Shown: positions 24,401 through 34,700 of the stretch, piece by piece
Layout: the number at the start of each line of letters is the position of its first letter
How positions within the stretch are numbered: position 1 is the first letter of the stretch
Source of the DNA: Phallusia mammillata
Taxonomy: Eukaryota
Length of the DNA: 64,000 bases
Direction: 5' to 3'
Assembly (NCBI GenBank): GCA_965637545.1
Contig: OZ281501.1
Coordinates: 7,130,001 to 7,194,000 of the forward strand
Made by a program: the position numbers and the translations under genes
The notes under the pieces: model-generated
Seen by the model: only the letters and a program-made list of their open reading frames with translations
What the model was told of the DNA's origin: nothing
Databases searched by the model: none

Positions 24401-27156
24401 AACTGGAACAGTTAGAAACAGGCAGATGCAGGTCAATCTTGAGAATGTGATGGACTCAACTAAAGGTAGAACCTTAGTTTGCGTGCTGTTTTTTTTATAT
24501 CACATAGCTTGTTTGTATCACATAGTCCATGACGTAACGATCAATTCAGGACTTATAATTACTTGACTATTTTGCAACAATGGGAATAAGAATGCAGTGT
24601 TTGTTTTGCGTTTATGAAGGATAAGTAGGATTGAGACAAAGTTTATTTTAAATGACTAAGTTGTAAAATGTAATGACGTCAAATAATTTGCCCTTATGTG
24701 ATTGTTTTCAGCAAATCAGTTTGCCCTAAAAGTAAATTTAATAATCTTGAATTTTTTTTTCAGCAAACAATCATCAGTCCCTAGCTGCTGTGCAACTTCT
24801 GCAAGCTAACACCCCCAGTTTGTTAAAAACTAACAAGAGTTTGCAACTTACCTCCCCACGACCACTCAACAAGGCTATCCAAGTCACCGTGAAGCCACGA
24901 AATTCAACAATTAAGTCCAAGTCGCCGCAGAAATCTTACACACAGAAGTCTATACTACACAAATCTCACTGTATTGCAAAGTCACCCAAATCTCGTTCAA
25001 TTTCTTTCAAACATTTTACACCAATTCACAAACCACAGACCAGCATATCAAGTACGGAGAGCGATCGCACTGACAGAATCCTGCATCCAAGAACAGCATC
25101 ATTGCTATCAACAGCCTCATCGGCTTGGGATACGGATTGTCTAGTAGCGGCAGACGCTGTCACCTGCCAAGTTCCATTGGTCCTGGCAAAACAAGCACGT
25201 GGGCAGTTGGTCGACGAAAGCGATTTAACCGATGACTTGTTAGCGAAAAACCCTAGCGATGGATGTTTTCGATTAAGCAGCGATTCTTCACTGCCTGGTG
25301 TTTCTGGAAAACTGGGTCCCAAGAAATGTAAGTATGTGTAGTTTATATTGCATATAAGGGTATGTGGGGTTGATAGGTTAAAAAATTATCTACTGCAAAT
25401 TTTAGTCTTCTCTTGTTCATGTTTGCTGGCTTAAATTTGTTTTTTGCAATTTGTTAAAATATTTATCTTGTCTTTTTTCAGTTGTAGTTCATGTCAAAGG
25501 CAACAAACGATCGCTGCAGAAAAGTACAACATCGCCAAACAAAACACCCCAAAGAACGAAAGTAAAGGTAAACAAATCTAAAACAGAGTAATGTACCAGG
25601 ACAGTTTTTATATACAGCACTAAGTTATCTATCGTCTTTCGCCTATAACTTGCTATAATATGTCACATTATAAACTTTGTGCTGGTTATCCTTATGATGT
25701 GTATAACCATCCAATGCTTAATCATTCACTACATGTACCAAGTGGCTTTAAAGGTGGAAAAGGCGTTAATTTTCGTTTTTCGTGACTTTATCAAAATATT
25801 GTATTTTGGGTTTCCAGCGGAACCTGCATGTTTAATTACAACCAGCTATAAGCCGGACAGGTTATGTGATGGTTGCGATCCTACGACATAAAAACCCAGC
25901 ACGCTTAAGCAAAACTCAAATAACAGGACGCTTGATAACCTATGTTTCTTCAGTGTTCTTGCTGTTGAACGAAACCGTTTAACATGGAAAAAATTTTGAA
26001 ATGACAAACTTTTACTTTTTTACAACTTAGGCTACTAGCAATACAGTATTAAATTGTTCGCAGGTGAAGGGAGATGTTGCAAAGGGTGTAATGAGATCTC
26101 CACGCAAACGGTTTAAGAATGTTCTCTCTTATCGACGAACGCCGGTGTTAAAGAAATGCACAATGCGGATGGAAACAAATCACCATGGTGACGGAGAAAT
26201 AAACATTTTAGACGGACGCCCTGGAAGAGTAGGGACGGATAGTGAAACGGACACACTAACGGTATACTTTAATACTTGATATATTTTGGGTAACATTTTA
26301 CTAGTTTCGAAAATATTTCTCATAACGGTAATTTAAAAAAAAACTTTAAGCCCCTCAAAACGTCTTTACAAGTGAGTTTCAAACACATTTTGTTAAACGG
26401 GTTGAAATGGTCGTGTGTCTTTTTTGTTCATTTATGTCTCTCACGGGGTTTTGACCCAGGACGCTCCCAGCCGAGTATGAACCCCTATCGAGTTTTTACG
26501 TTTATTGTCCCAGCGCATCACTTCATTTGTCTAATTTACATGGTTCTTATATTTACAGTCAAAATTGTGTTGCCAGGGGTTCAAATGGTTTACAAAGACC
26601 CACCATAGCAGATATTACAAAACAAAAATAAAAATGTTTTATTTTAATGTATTTCATCAAAATTTATTAAAGTTGTTACCACAATAGTACATGTAGTCGT
26701 ACCGGGCTTTTGGGGTAAGTTCGGTTTCGGGTTTACTGGATTCTGACTTGAATTTCAATTAAACGGACTTGATTTGGGTCTGAATCTACACTCGACATTA
26801 TTTGTTTCAGCTACTTTCGAGCTTAGTTGTAAAAAAATCGGGGTTTTGGTTCCAATTTCCATAACTCCTTTTGTGGGGCACAGTGATAATGCTCCAAATC
26901 TGAAGTTTTCACACAAACCCCTTTGTTTAGATGCTTTCGTCAACTGACACGTGCAGCACAGTGGTGAATGTCAAGAAATCACCTCCATCGCCTTCTGTTA
27001 AATCGAGTTTGAAGATCAAGTTGTCTCCACGGGAATCTCTGCAGAGGTAAAATTGTACTGTAAAATAACAAAGTCGATTCACCTTCACGCACTTTTTCAT
27101 TGTCCGCTAGAGTCGCCATTGCACACACGTGCACAAAGTCATCTGTCAATTCATGA
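6439..27156 (+). CDS. CCDC141: CCDC141-like spectrin-repeat/coiled-coil protein with long S/P/K-rich disordered tail; multi-exon
   Basis: ATG 6439 is preceded by an in-frame TGA (6421). Phase-consistent exons: 6439-6960, 7261-7383, 7887-8141, 8558-8761, 9268-9417, 10088-10207, 10459-10644, 11123-11280, 11717-11873, 11975-12097, 12650-12841, 13291-13474, 13706-13875, 14517-14675, 14961-15173, 15971-16189, 16507-16656, 17441-17569, 17908-18099, 18160-18227, 18705-18932, 19253-19500, 21636-21803, 22132-22433, 23892-23977, 24047-24465, 24764-25327, 25482-25567, 26064-26261, 26931-27046, and a candidate terminal exon 27111-27156 (TGA). VVGHICVQSNAGQIGVDVIS|STDWIRMKLVQCTPNAFDIGRNLKEAKKLQVQHEELLQKMK matches recalled human CCDC141 [61 protein letters not shown]. 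Exons after ~19250 rest on phase consistency only. Confidence 0.78.
9690..9890. mobile_element. hAT-type MITE
   Basis: TIRs CAGTGGTGGGATT / AATCCCACCACTG; perfect 8-bp TSD TATAAGCC. Confidence 0.9.
10682..10733 (-). ncRNA. Hammerhead ribozyme copy with one core substitution (CUGAUGC)
   Basis: Minus strand AGCUGCA CUGAUGC GAC auuauag GUC GAAACAG uguuca CUGUC UACAGCU. Stems II and III pair perfectly with sequences different from the 6183 copy. Confidence 0.7.
10904..10955 (+). ncRNA. Degenerate hammerhead copy (core CUGGUGA), inverted relative to the 10682 copy
   Basis: AGCUGCA CUGGUGA GAACUUAUAGGUC GAAAUAG uacaca CUGUA UGCGGGU. Confidence 0.55.
13938..14270. repeat. Intronic tandem duplication, about 186-bp period
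   Basis: TGCTAGAGACGAGACGAGG...AAACGTAATG...CTTTTAAACACCAA...AGTCAACTTATTAAA occurs at about 13938 and 14124. Confidence 0.85.
15208..15378 (-). mobile_element. tRNA-derived SINE copy
   Basis: Minus strand GCCTGTG TA GCTC AATAGGTG GAGC ... GTGAG TTCGAAT CCCAC CGCAGGC: A box, B box, acceptor stem, D stem and T stem are present and the anticodon arm is decayed. Same 3' body as the copy at 900. Confidence 0.75.
15562..15779. mobile_element. hAT-type MITE
   Basis: TIRs CAGGGGTCGGCAACC / GGTAGCCGACCACTG; perfect 8-bp TSD GGCTAGTT. Confidence 0.9.
16763..17256. mobile_element. hAT-type MITE
   Basis: TIRs CAGGGGTTCCCAACCT / AGGTTGGGAACCCCTG; perfect 8-bp TSD ATTTATAA; subterminal GTGGTACGCG repeats. 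Confidence 0.92.
18371..18631. mobile_element. hAT-type MITE
   Basis: TIRs CAGTGGTTCCCAA / TTTGGAACCACTG; flanks ctctatct / ctctagcc (6/8). A more decayed relative lies at about 155-318. Confidence 0.7.
19848..20361. mobile_element. Nested hAT MITE with TTCGGCCGAA subterminal palindromes
   Basis: TIRs CAGAGATGTACCGAAT / ATTCGGTACATCACTA; perfect 8-bp TSD GTTATTAG. Confidence 0.88.
20423..20602 (-). mobile_element. One-ended fragment of the MITE family seen at 23509
   Basis: The reverse complement (CAGGGGTCGCCAACCTGTACCACTCT...GTTAGTTAGTTTCTTGCATATTAGGTACAC) aligns with 23509-23674. Confidence 0.7.
20807..21090. mobile_element. Nested hAT MITE
   Basis: Ends CAGCGGTTCTTAAACT / AGTTTGCGAAAAACTG; perfect 8-bp TSD GGTTAACG. 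Confidence 0.8.
23509..23824. mobile_element. hAT-type MITE
   Basis: TIRs CAGGGGTCGTCAACC / GGTTGGCGACCCC(CC)TG; TSD decayed. Confidence 0.75.
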
Positions 27157-27589
27157 CTTTAGTCTAACTACCCTTTCAAGTACTTGTCCTGTTCATTTTT
27201 GTACTCAGCGAAAAACATAAGCTTCCGGATATTAACATCGAACATTTCAAAGCATATTGCGAATACGGAATGGTAAAAAATCGAAATAACGTTGTTTTTT
27301 AAGTCTGGAAAGATCTGGTATTTTTGGATTCTCATCGATATTTGGAAGAGTTTCGTATTTAGGCGCTGGTAGTAGACATAAAATTTTTGGCGCTGGTAGT
27401 AAACGTGCAATGTATATGCAGGAAAATACATTTAATTTGACAAATTGTATTAATACAGTACTCCATAATCGTAAGTGTCTCTATAACGGCACAGTATTTG
27501 TTAACGTAACAAATAATATTTGTCAAAGAATACAGTCTTGTGTCAATTAAGGTTTAAACTGAATGCCGTCAGTTTCGAATCAAACACTG

Positions 27590-27595
27590 AATAAA
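27590..27595 (+). terminator. Candidate polyadenylation signal of the CCDC141-like transcript
   Basis: AATAAA about 430 nt after the TGA at 27154-27156 and just before the putative titin promoter. Weak evidence in AT-rich DNA. Confidence 0.3.
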
Positions 27596-27899
27596 TTTAA
27601 GCCCAAAGTTTAAAATTTTGCTATTCAACGGGCAAGGTGACACTTTGGCGGCAAGATCTAATGACAGTTGTCACAATCTTGACAGCGTGGTCTAACCGCA
27701 GACGACAAGTCTTACCGTTTGCGATTCGTGTGACAATAAGCAGACGGGTCTGAGCTGACGGGCTAATTGACTTTCATCCCACCCCTACTCTTTACTACGT
27801 GTGTGCGTGCGTTTCTCGCGCCTACAAAGACAACCAAGGACTGCTAAGTGACACAATGTATCCGGGTTTCTTATGCAGTTGTTTCTTGTGCGTGCGCGG

Positions 27900-28067
27900 C
27901 ACAGCCGTCGACTGGTGATGGCCTAAAAATAACACCGCGCGACCGCCTGTCTGTATGCAAACTTGCCTTTTTCTTGTGTTTCAAGGCCGGTATATATTCA
28001 CAGCCCTTGCGTCCCAAGAGACAAGAACCGTCAGGGCTTTCTAGTCATAAGAGTTTTACTGTTTAAG
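27900..28067 (+). promoter_or_regulatory. Putative titin promoter and non-coding first exon
   Basis: MEF2-consensus CTAAAAATAA (27923-27932), TATATAT (27991-27997), donor AAG|GTTAGG at 28067. The next acceptor (28611) has a perfect TACTAAC branch point (28582-28588) and leads into the ATG exon. Vertebrate TTN likewise has a non-coding exon 1. Confidence 0.55.
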
Positions 28068-28784
28068 GTTAGGTTATCAAGGCGTGTTTGGTAGGGTTAA
28101 AGGTTTTAGGTTTTTTGTGATTAGGTAGGGGTTAAGTTTTTATTGTTAGGGCCAGGAGGGGTAGCGAAAAACGTCGTTTTGTTGGAGGTGAGCGCAAAAA
28201 TCACGGACACTTCATTTCACGGGAATGTCACATGATTTGGTTGCTTATCACGATGCACGTTACTCATGTTGATTTTTAGTCACAAAGTTTTAAATGTTAG
28301 AAGCTGATATCAACCATTGGCTGCAAACGCATGTTATACACACGATATTTATGTTGAACCTTAAGAGTCTTTTGTAACTAAAATATTGATAAATATATTG
28401 CGTTTTAAGTTGATAAAGAGTAAGGAAAAATATTAAGATAGAGAACGAATAAAAAAACGCAGTTTTAGTTTTAACGAAAAAATATTTCAAACAATTTTAA
28501 CCATGCGAAAAAATAATCAAGAGTCTTATCTAAGTGATAGTTACAACAACTAACCCATTATTGCTTGCTTCATACAAGCTTTACTAACCGTTTTTTATTC
28601 GCTATTTGCAGGTTAATTTTGTAGTTTAATTTCACTCCATTTTCACACACTTTTACACATCACACCATATACATACACACGCACATATAATCTTTTAGTA
28701 ACATCCCTAAAAAATTAGTGCTTTCACCACCATTCGCTTTTCGCCATATTTCCTTTGTTCACGTGTAAGCAACCGAGCAACGTG

Positions 28785-31700
28785 ATGGCCGAAAACCAAC
28801 GCTTTTTCAGTTCCTCCACCGAGATGAGTAGCCATGGCAACGTGGCCGAGATGCCGCTGGAGCCTCCCCGCTTCATCCAGCCTCTCCAAAGCGTCGTTGC
28901 TGTCGAAGGAGGGTCGGTTTGCTTTGAGGCAATTTTAACCGGTAAGGGAATTTTATTTTTGTTTTTTTTCCAACCGCCTTTTACGTCCCGTGTATTTCGC
29001 TTATTGTTCCACTAAAAAGAAATCTGTTAATTAAAAACCAATACCAATCCAGATGCGCAAAAAGTTTGTAAATAGTGTTGCTGGTGTTTTTATTTTAAAT
29101 GAAGAACAACAATTAAACATCCAATGATACTGTTATCTAATTATTATTATAAATCCAAAAACATATTTTGTAAATATTATTTTCATTTTTTCTCATAATT
29201 TTAACAGATATTTTCTACTTATTTTTAAAATTTATATATTTTTAGTTTCATCTTTATTTGGTTAACTTTTAAAGTCGGTTGGGTGTACAAAATAAATACT
29301 AGAAAAGTGCTTAAATATGCACCTGAAAATGTTAACGGCCGTTTCGTCATTGCAAATGTTACATAACAGTTAGCCAAATATGGGTATCCCCATACATGTG
29401 GCATATAAAATAAAATGCAATTTCGTACAGGCTTCCCGAGACCCGAGGTACGTTGGTACCACGGAAACGATGACGTCACCAAGTCCGTCAACTACGAAAT
29501 CTCTTACGGAGTCGATGGAAGAACGAGTCTTCACATCCCAGAAGTGTTTGATGAGGACGCAGGGCAGTTTGTGTGCAAGGCGTTTAGTGACCTTGGTCAA
29601 GCGTCCAGCACCGCTGAGTTGGTAGTACAAAGTAAGTCTGATTGATAATTGTCACTGCAAAGCATCGTTGCTCATATATTTTTCACAATCTTGAGGTAAA
29701 TAAGCGCCCTAATAGTTATTTGTTATACGTATAATTATTATACGTTTACTTATATATACAAGGCACATAACAACAAACACGAAACAGATCCAAAATTGTT
29801 TTTGTTTTTTTCCTAAATCCATTTTTTGTGAAGAACTTTTTTAACATACAGCGATTTGCTGGGTTGTTTAAATTAACACGCCATTTCCTAATTGGAAATT
29901 CACTTTTTAACATTGTGTCCAAACTCATCTATACTCAAGTGCCAATGATCAATTGTATCCTATAAAGGTGTTAATAACACCGATATAATTATCATGTATT
30001 TAATTGTTAATAACCTTTTGTATCTTCCTTACAGCTACCACGGTGCCACCAGACTTCATACTGCGACTTGCGAACATCACAGTGGCACAAGGAACACCCG
30101 TGTGTTTCCAAGTACGAGCATCTGGCATTCCCACTCCACGTGTAAAGTGGTATAGAGAGGTGAGATGAACAACAGATTTTGTTCACACTCAGTCAAATTC
30201 AGTTTGCTTCTGTATGTTGCCTTTACCCCTATTCTATACCACAGGGACAGGATTAAACTGCAGCAAGACTGCCTATTTCGCCAAACCTACATAACGATTT
30301 AACACCAATCCATACATTAAATTTGCTTTGTATGCCCTTAACAAAAAAAACACTTAAATTTTCTATTTTTTAACCCTCAACTGCCAGCGAAAAACGGTTC
30401 TAAATTTTCAATTGCCCTTTTCCCCGTAAACTATCTCTGTTTTACCAAGTTTCATCCCAACTTCAAAACTAGTAAGAAAACAACATAATACACATTTCAA
30501 CTTCTTTATCGTTTTGCAGGGAGCCGAAATCCGCAATTCAGGCGACTTTCAGATTCGTTGCGAGGGCGATCTGTACAGTCTTACTATTGTGGAAGCTTGC
30601 GAGGAAGACACCGGTCGTTTCACAGTCACTGCATCAAACCAGGGTGGAAAGGCGACCTCCACAGCCGTTCTTACTGTCTCCGGTAAGTGGGAGACGCTGT
30701 GATTGGTCGAGAACCGTCACGTGACTTTACTAATTGTAAAACAATGCAACAACGTCGTCACAAGCTCGTAAAGAAATTTTAGGCTTTTATAAATGGGTTT
30801 TTACATGTGTAGGAGACGAGTCAGTAACGATCGGTCGTATGGATATGGAAAACCAAACTGGATTAGACCAACGTCAAATGCTAATGACGTCACGATCAGA
30901 ATTGGACGAAATGTCGGCTGTGAAGCGGGCGCATGAATACGAGATGCAAAGGACGTCAGTAGCACAGGTATATACCACACATGGTGTATTACGTCATAGT
31001 TGATGGAGCAACACTTTTACATCTTTGAAGTCATTTGTTCATTAGTTGTTTATGAAAAACTTTTCTAATCGACGTTTTAAATGTGACGTCATAAAATCAA
31101 CACTTAAAAAGACGTTTTTGAAAAACGTAAATTAAATAAATGTTGATGACATAACGATGACGTCATTTTATAACTGTTTTAAATTTTAGTTGGATAAAAA
31201 ACAGTTAGATAAAAAACAATTTTAGCTCTTCTGTATGGCGACGTATATTTATTTCTTTTTTCAAATTTAGTTTTTTCAAGATTTAAAATTAAAAACAACA
31301 ACATTTGTATGCTCACGATGACGTCATTTTAAAACTGTTTCGATTTTTAGGAACAGAGAACCGGAAGCGTCAAATCATCGGAAATGTCAAAAAGCCAGAC
31401 AATGAAAACCGCACAAAAGCAGACGAAAGTGAAGGCGGGAATTCGACGACAAAGTCCTTCACCAATCAGAAGTGTCAGAATGAGTCCACCTGTCGTAAGT
31501 TGAAAATCTACAACTTAACCATTTGGCAACAGGCAAGTATAACCACGGTGTAACATTGCAGCTTCGAAGAAGCAAATCACCAAGAGACAAATCAGCGTCT
31601 CCAATGCGTAAAGTCCACAGTGTACAAGCTCCTTCACCTACACGCAAACAACAACCGGCAACTCCTACCACTCCGGTTCCTGCACCATGGAATATTGAAG

Positions 31701-34700
31701 ACGTAAGATTAATACCGCGTACAAAACCGACATAACAATGCTATTTGATTCTCCAAAACAGCGGTCCTTCAATTTTTTCAATCACCAAGTTGAATCCGCC
31801 CCTCTGTTATTTTTATGATGGTGTTTTGTGCCGTACATTAACAATAATGTTTTTTATTCGATTGAAACTACTGACCTTTCTGATTACACAATCAGATTTA
31901 TAAACTTACATATTTGAGTAAAACTTCAAACCACATTTTAGGTAGAATTTCCCTCTGCATGTACATAATTTCTCAGTTACGAACCAGTGCTCTAAAAAAA
32001 CATGTAATGCTTATGTTTACAAACCAAGGCCATTGAAAGTTGTAAACATACTTAAATGCGTTTTTTTGTATCTTTTCAAACAGAGCCAACGCCGAATGAT
32101 GGCGAGCGCTAACAAGAAAGAAACAGTCACCTTGGAAGCTGGACAAATGCAAGAGGTAACAACTCACGAATCCTTCCACAATACTGAACAGTCCTACTCA
32201 GAAGCACAAAGCTTTGAGTGCAAAACAGAAACCATTAGCACCTACGAAAGCTCTGAGCAAATCAAATCAAGCGAAAACCTAGCGAGACAGGTGCAGGAAT
32301 CATATGTTGAGAGCAACAGCCAAAACGTCAGATGCGTCAGCGAAAAGCTGTCTGCTAAGTCATCATCCATTAACCAATCAGCATCTGCCGTTTCATTTGC
32401 GTCATCTACATCATCATCATCACTTGAGAAGCCCCCGGCACCGAAAAAGCCGTTTGTGGCCCCAGTTCGGCCAGTGGAGCCCCTGAATCTTCGTCAACCA
32501 GATGAGACAAGAGCAATTGCTGGCGTCCGACGTGTTAACCCGCCATCTTCACAAACTAAGTTTATTTCACATCAGCAGGTTTGTGCATCTCATGCATGTA
32601 TTTTTTCTCAAAAGGTTAATTAACTTTGGTTAAAAAGCTGGGTAATGGTTGTTGTAATGGTGGTTCTTTGGCATAAAAATATATTTTATTTTCCCTTACA
32701 GTCAATAGCACAACTTTCTTTTTATATTTCACCATCGTTTAACATTATGTAGCAATAACACCCAATAATCATAAGTACGAATTATAAACACCCAATTGCA
32801 CTAAAAGCTACACTTTAAGGCATGAAACCTTAACAACGTAATAAACTATATGAAAAGGACACAATCTAATGAACCACAAAATTCCTATGTCCCGTTTCAT
32901 GATCGTTCACAGTCGCGCCGCCTTATCAAGTCTATCGCTTCGTCAGGGCTTATCGAGCACCTATGGGAGTTATTTCAGGACTAATCGTCATGCAGTGGTA
33001 TGAACCGGCGCTCTGGGCAGCTGTTGCGTTCATTCATTTACCGAATGGCAAAGCTGGGATCGCAGACTGATATAAGCGTGCTGTGCGACATTAGAGTGAT
33101 GACGTTTGTTTACAGCCACTGTGATAGTTATACTTAAAGATTGGCATTTATTAGAAATATAGGACCCAATCAAAAGGCTATGTTTAATTCGTATGAACAA
33201 ATAAATACACCTAAATTCTCTACAGTGTCGTCTAAAGTCACCCCGTTACAAATTAACCCACCCTTTTCTTTGTTTAAATTGAACTATAGCACACTTTTTG
33301 CAGCAAAATAAGACATTTTTGTACAAAACCGTTGACCTGATTGGAAATTTTATACATCCACTTGCTTTTTCTTGGGTGGGCTTCTATTGAAAATATTCAT
33401 TTACTTCATTTCAAGATTTTTTCATTTTTGCTTGTCACGTGATCACATTGCATGTTACGTCACCAGGTCACAAGCACCGCTGTCACTTCGCATGACGCTG
33501 AACAGACTTTAGAAACAGTAGCACAAACCACTGAAACTGAAGAGGTACATACTGAGTGATTGGTTAGACACTTGTATAGGTGCTAAGCTCAAATGCGCTC
33601 AACGCGTCATAATCACTTTAATTGATTTTTAAGCCATTCAAAAGTTTTTATTGGTAATTGATAAAATAAAGCAGTTCAGTTATGCGGTAATTTTAAATTT
33701 TCACTCAAAATGCGAGTTAGTACGATGACTGATTTTTTCCCAGGGTGTTGCCACCTACCCTCCATTCATAAAAACCGGAATGCAGGACATGGAAGTAACA
33801 GACGGCGAAATGACTATATTGCAATGCGAAGTGATGGGAAATCCCGTTCCACATGTAGCTTGGTACAGAGAAGGTAAAAATAACAAACGACATACAACCA
33901 GTTACTCGACATAAACATTCCTATTACGTTTTTTAACCATTTCTGTTTGTCGTATAGGATCGGTGATCGAGAGTTCTCACGATTTTGAAATCACATACAA
34001 TGGACAAGTGTCGTGCTTGCTCATCCGTGAAGCATTTGCTGATGACGCAGGTCGCTTTACATGTTCCGCCACCAATGAACAAGGAACCACTTCGTGCTCT
34101 TGCTTTCTGAAAGTAAGACATTTCTACCATTGCACTTAGTTTATGAGCTTCTATGTGTTAAATTGTAACAAAACCATTTTCCCTAACGTTACCCATAGAC
34201 AATATCTTTAAACCTTTCCTCTTGGTTTTGTGAATAGCTTGCCTCTGTTAACGTTAAAACTACGTACATAAAAAAGTTGCCGACTTTATCTATGCTCTTT
34301 TTCAATTAGGTAAAGCCAGTTGAACAAACTCCCAAAGCTGGCAAACTGGAAAGGAACTTATCTGCATCTGAAACTGAATTGTCAATGACCGATTACGATG
34401 GATTTGAAAGGTAGCAACTGTTTTTCTTTCTACACCATTGAACGCTTTCAACTCATAACACGTTTATATTTTCTATTTAACAGTACCGAAGCTGAACTTG
34501 ATTTCGTCTCCGGTGTATCAGAAGCTGAATTAACAGATACTGAGTTAACTAAGCCCGCCCAGCACGCTATGGACGGCCAAGACCTTTCCTACGCCGGGGC
34601 GACTATGCTTTCCCCCGTAGCTGAAGAGACATCGACACCATCCGGCAAATCACCAGAAAAACGCGCACCGCAAGAGGGAGCTACGGCGTACGCCAACGGT

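Noticed and set aside
28065-28150. Telomere-like TTAGG(G) tract
   Set aside because: Too degenerate and short; ordinary G/T-rich intron start.
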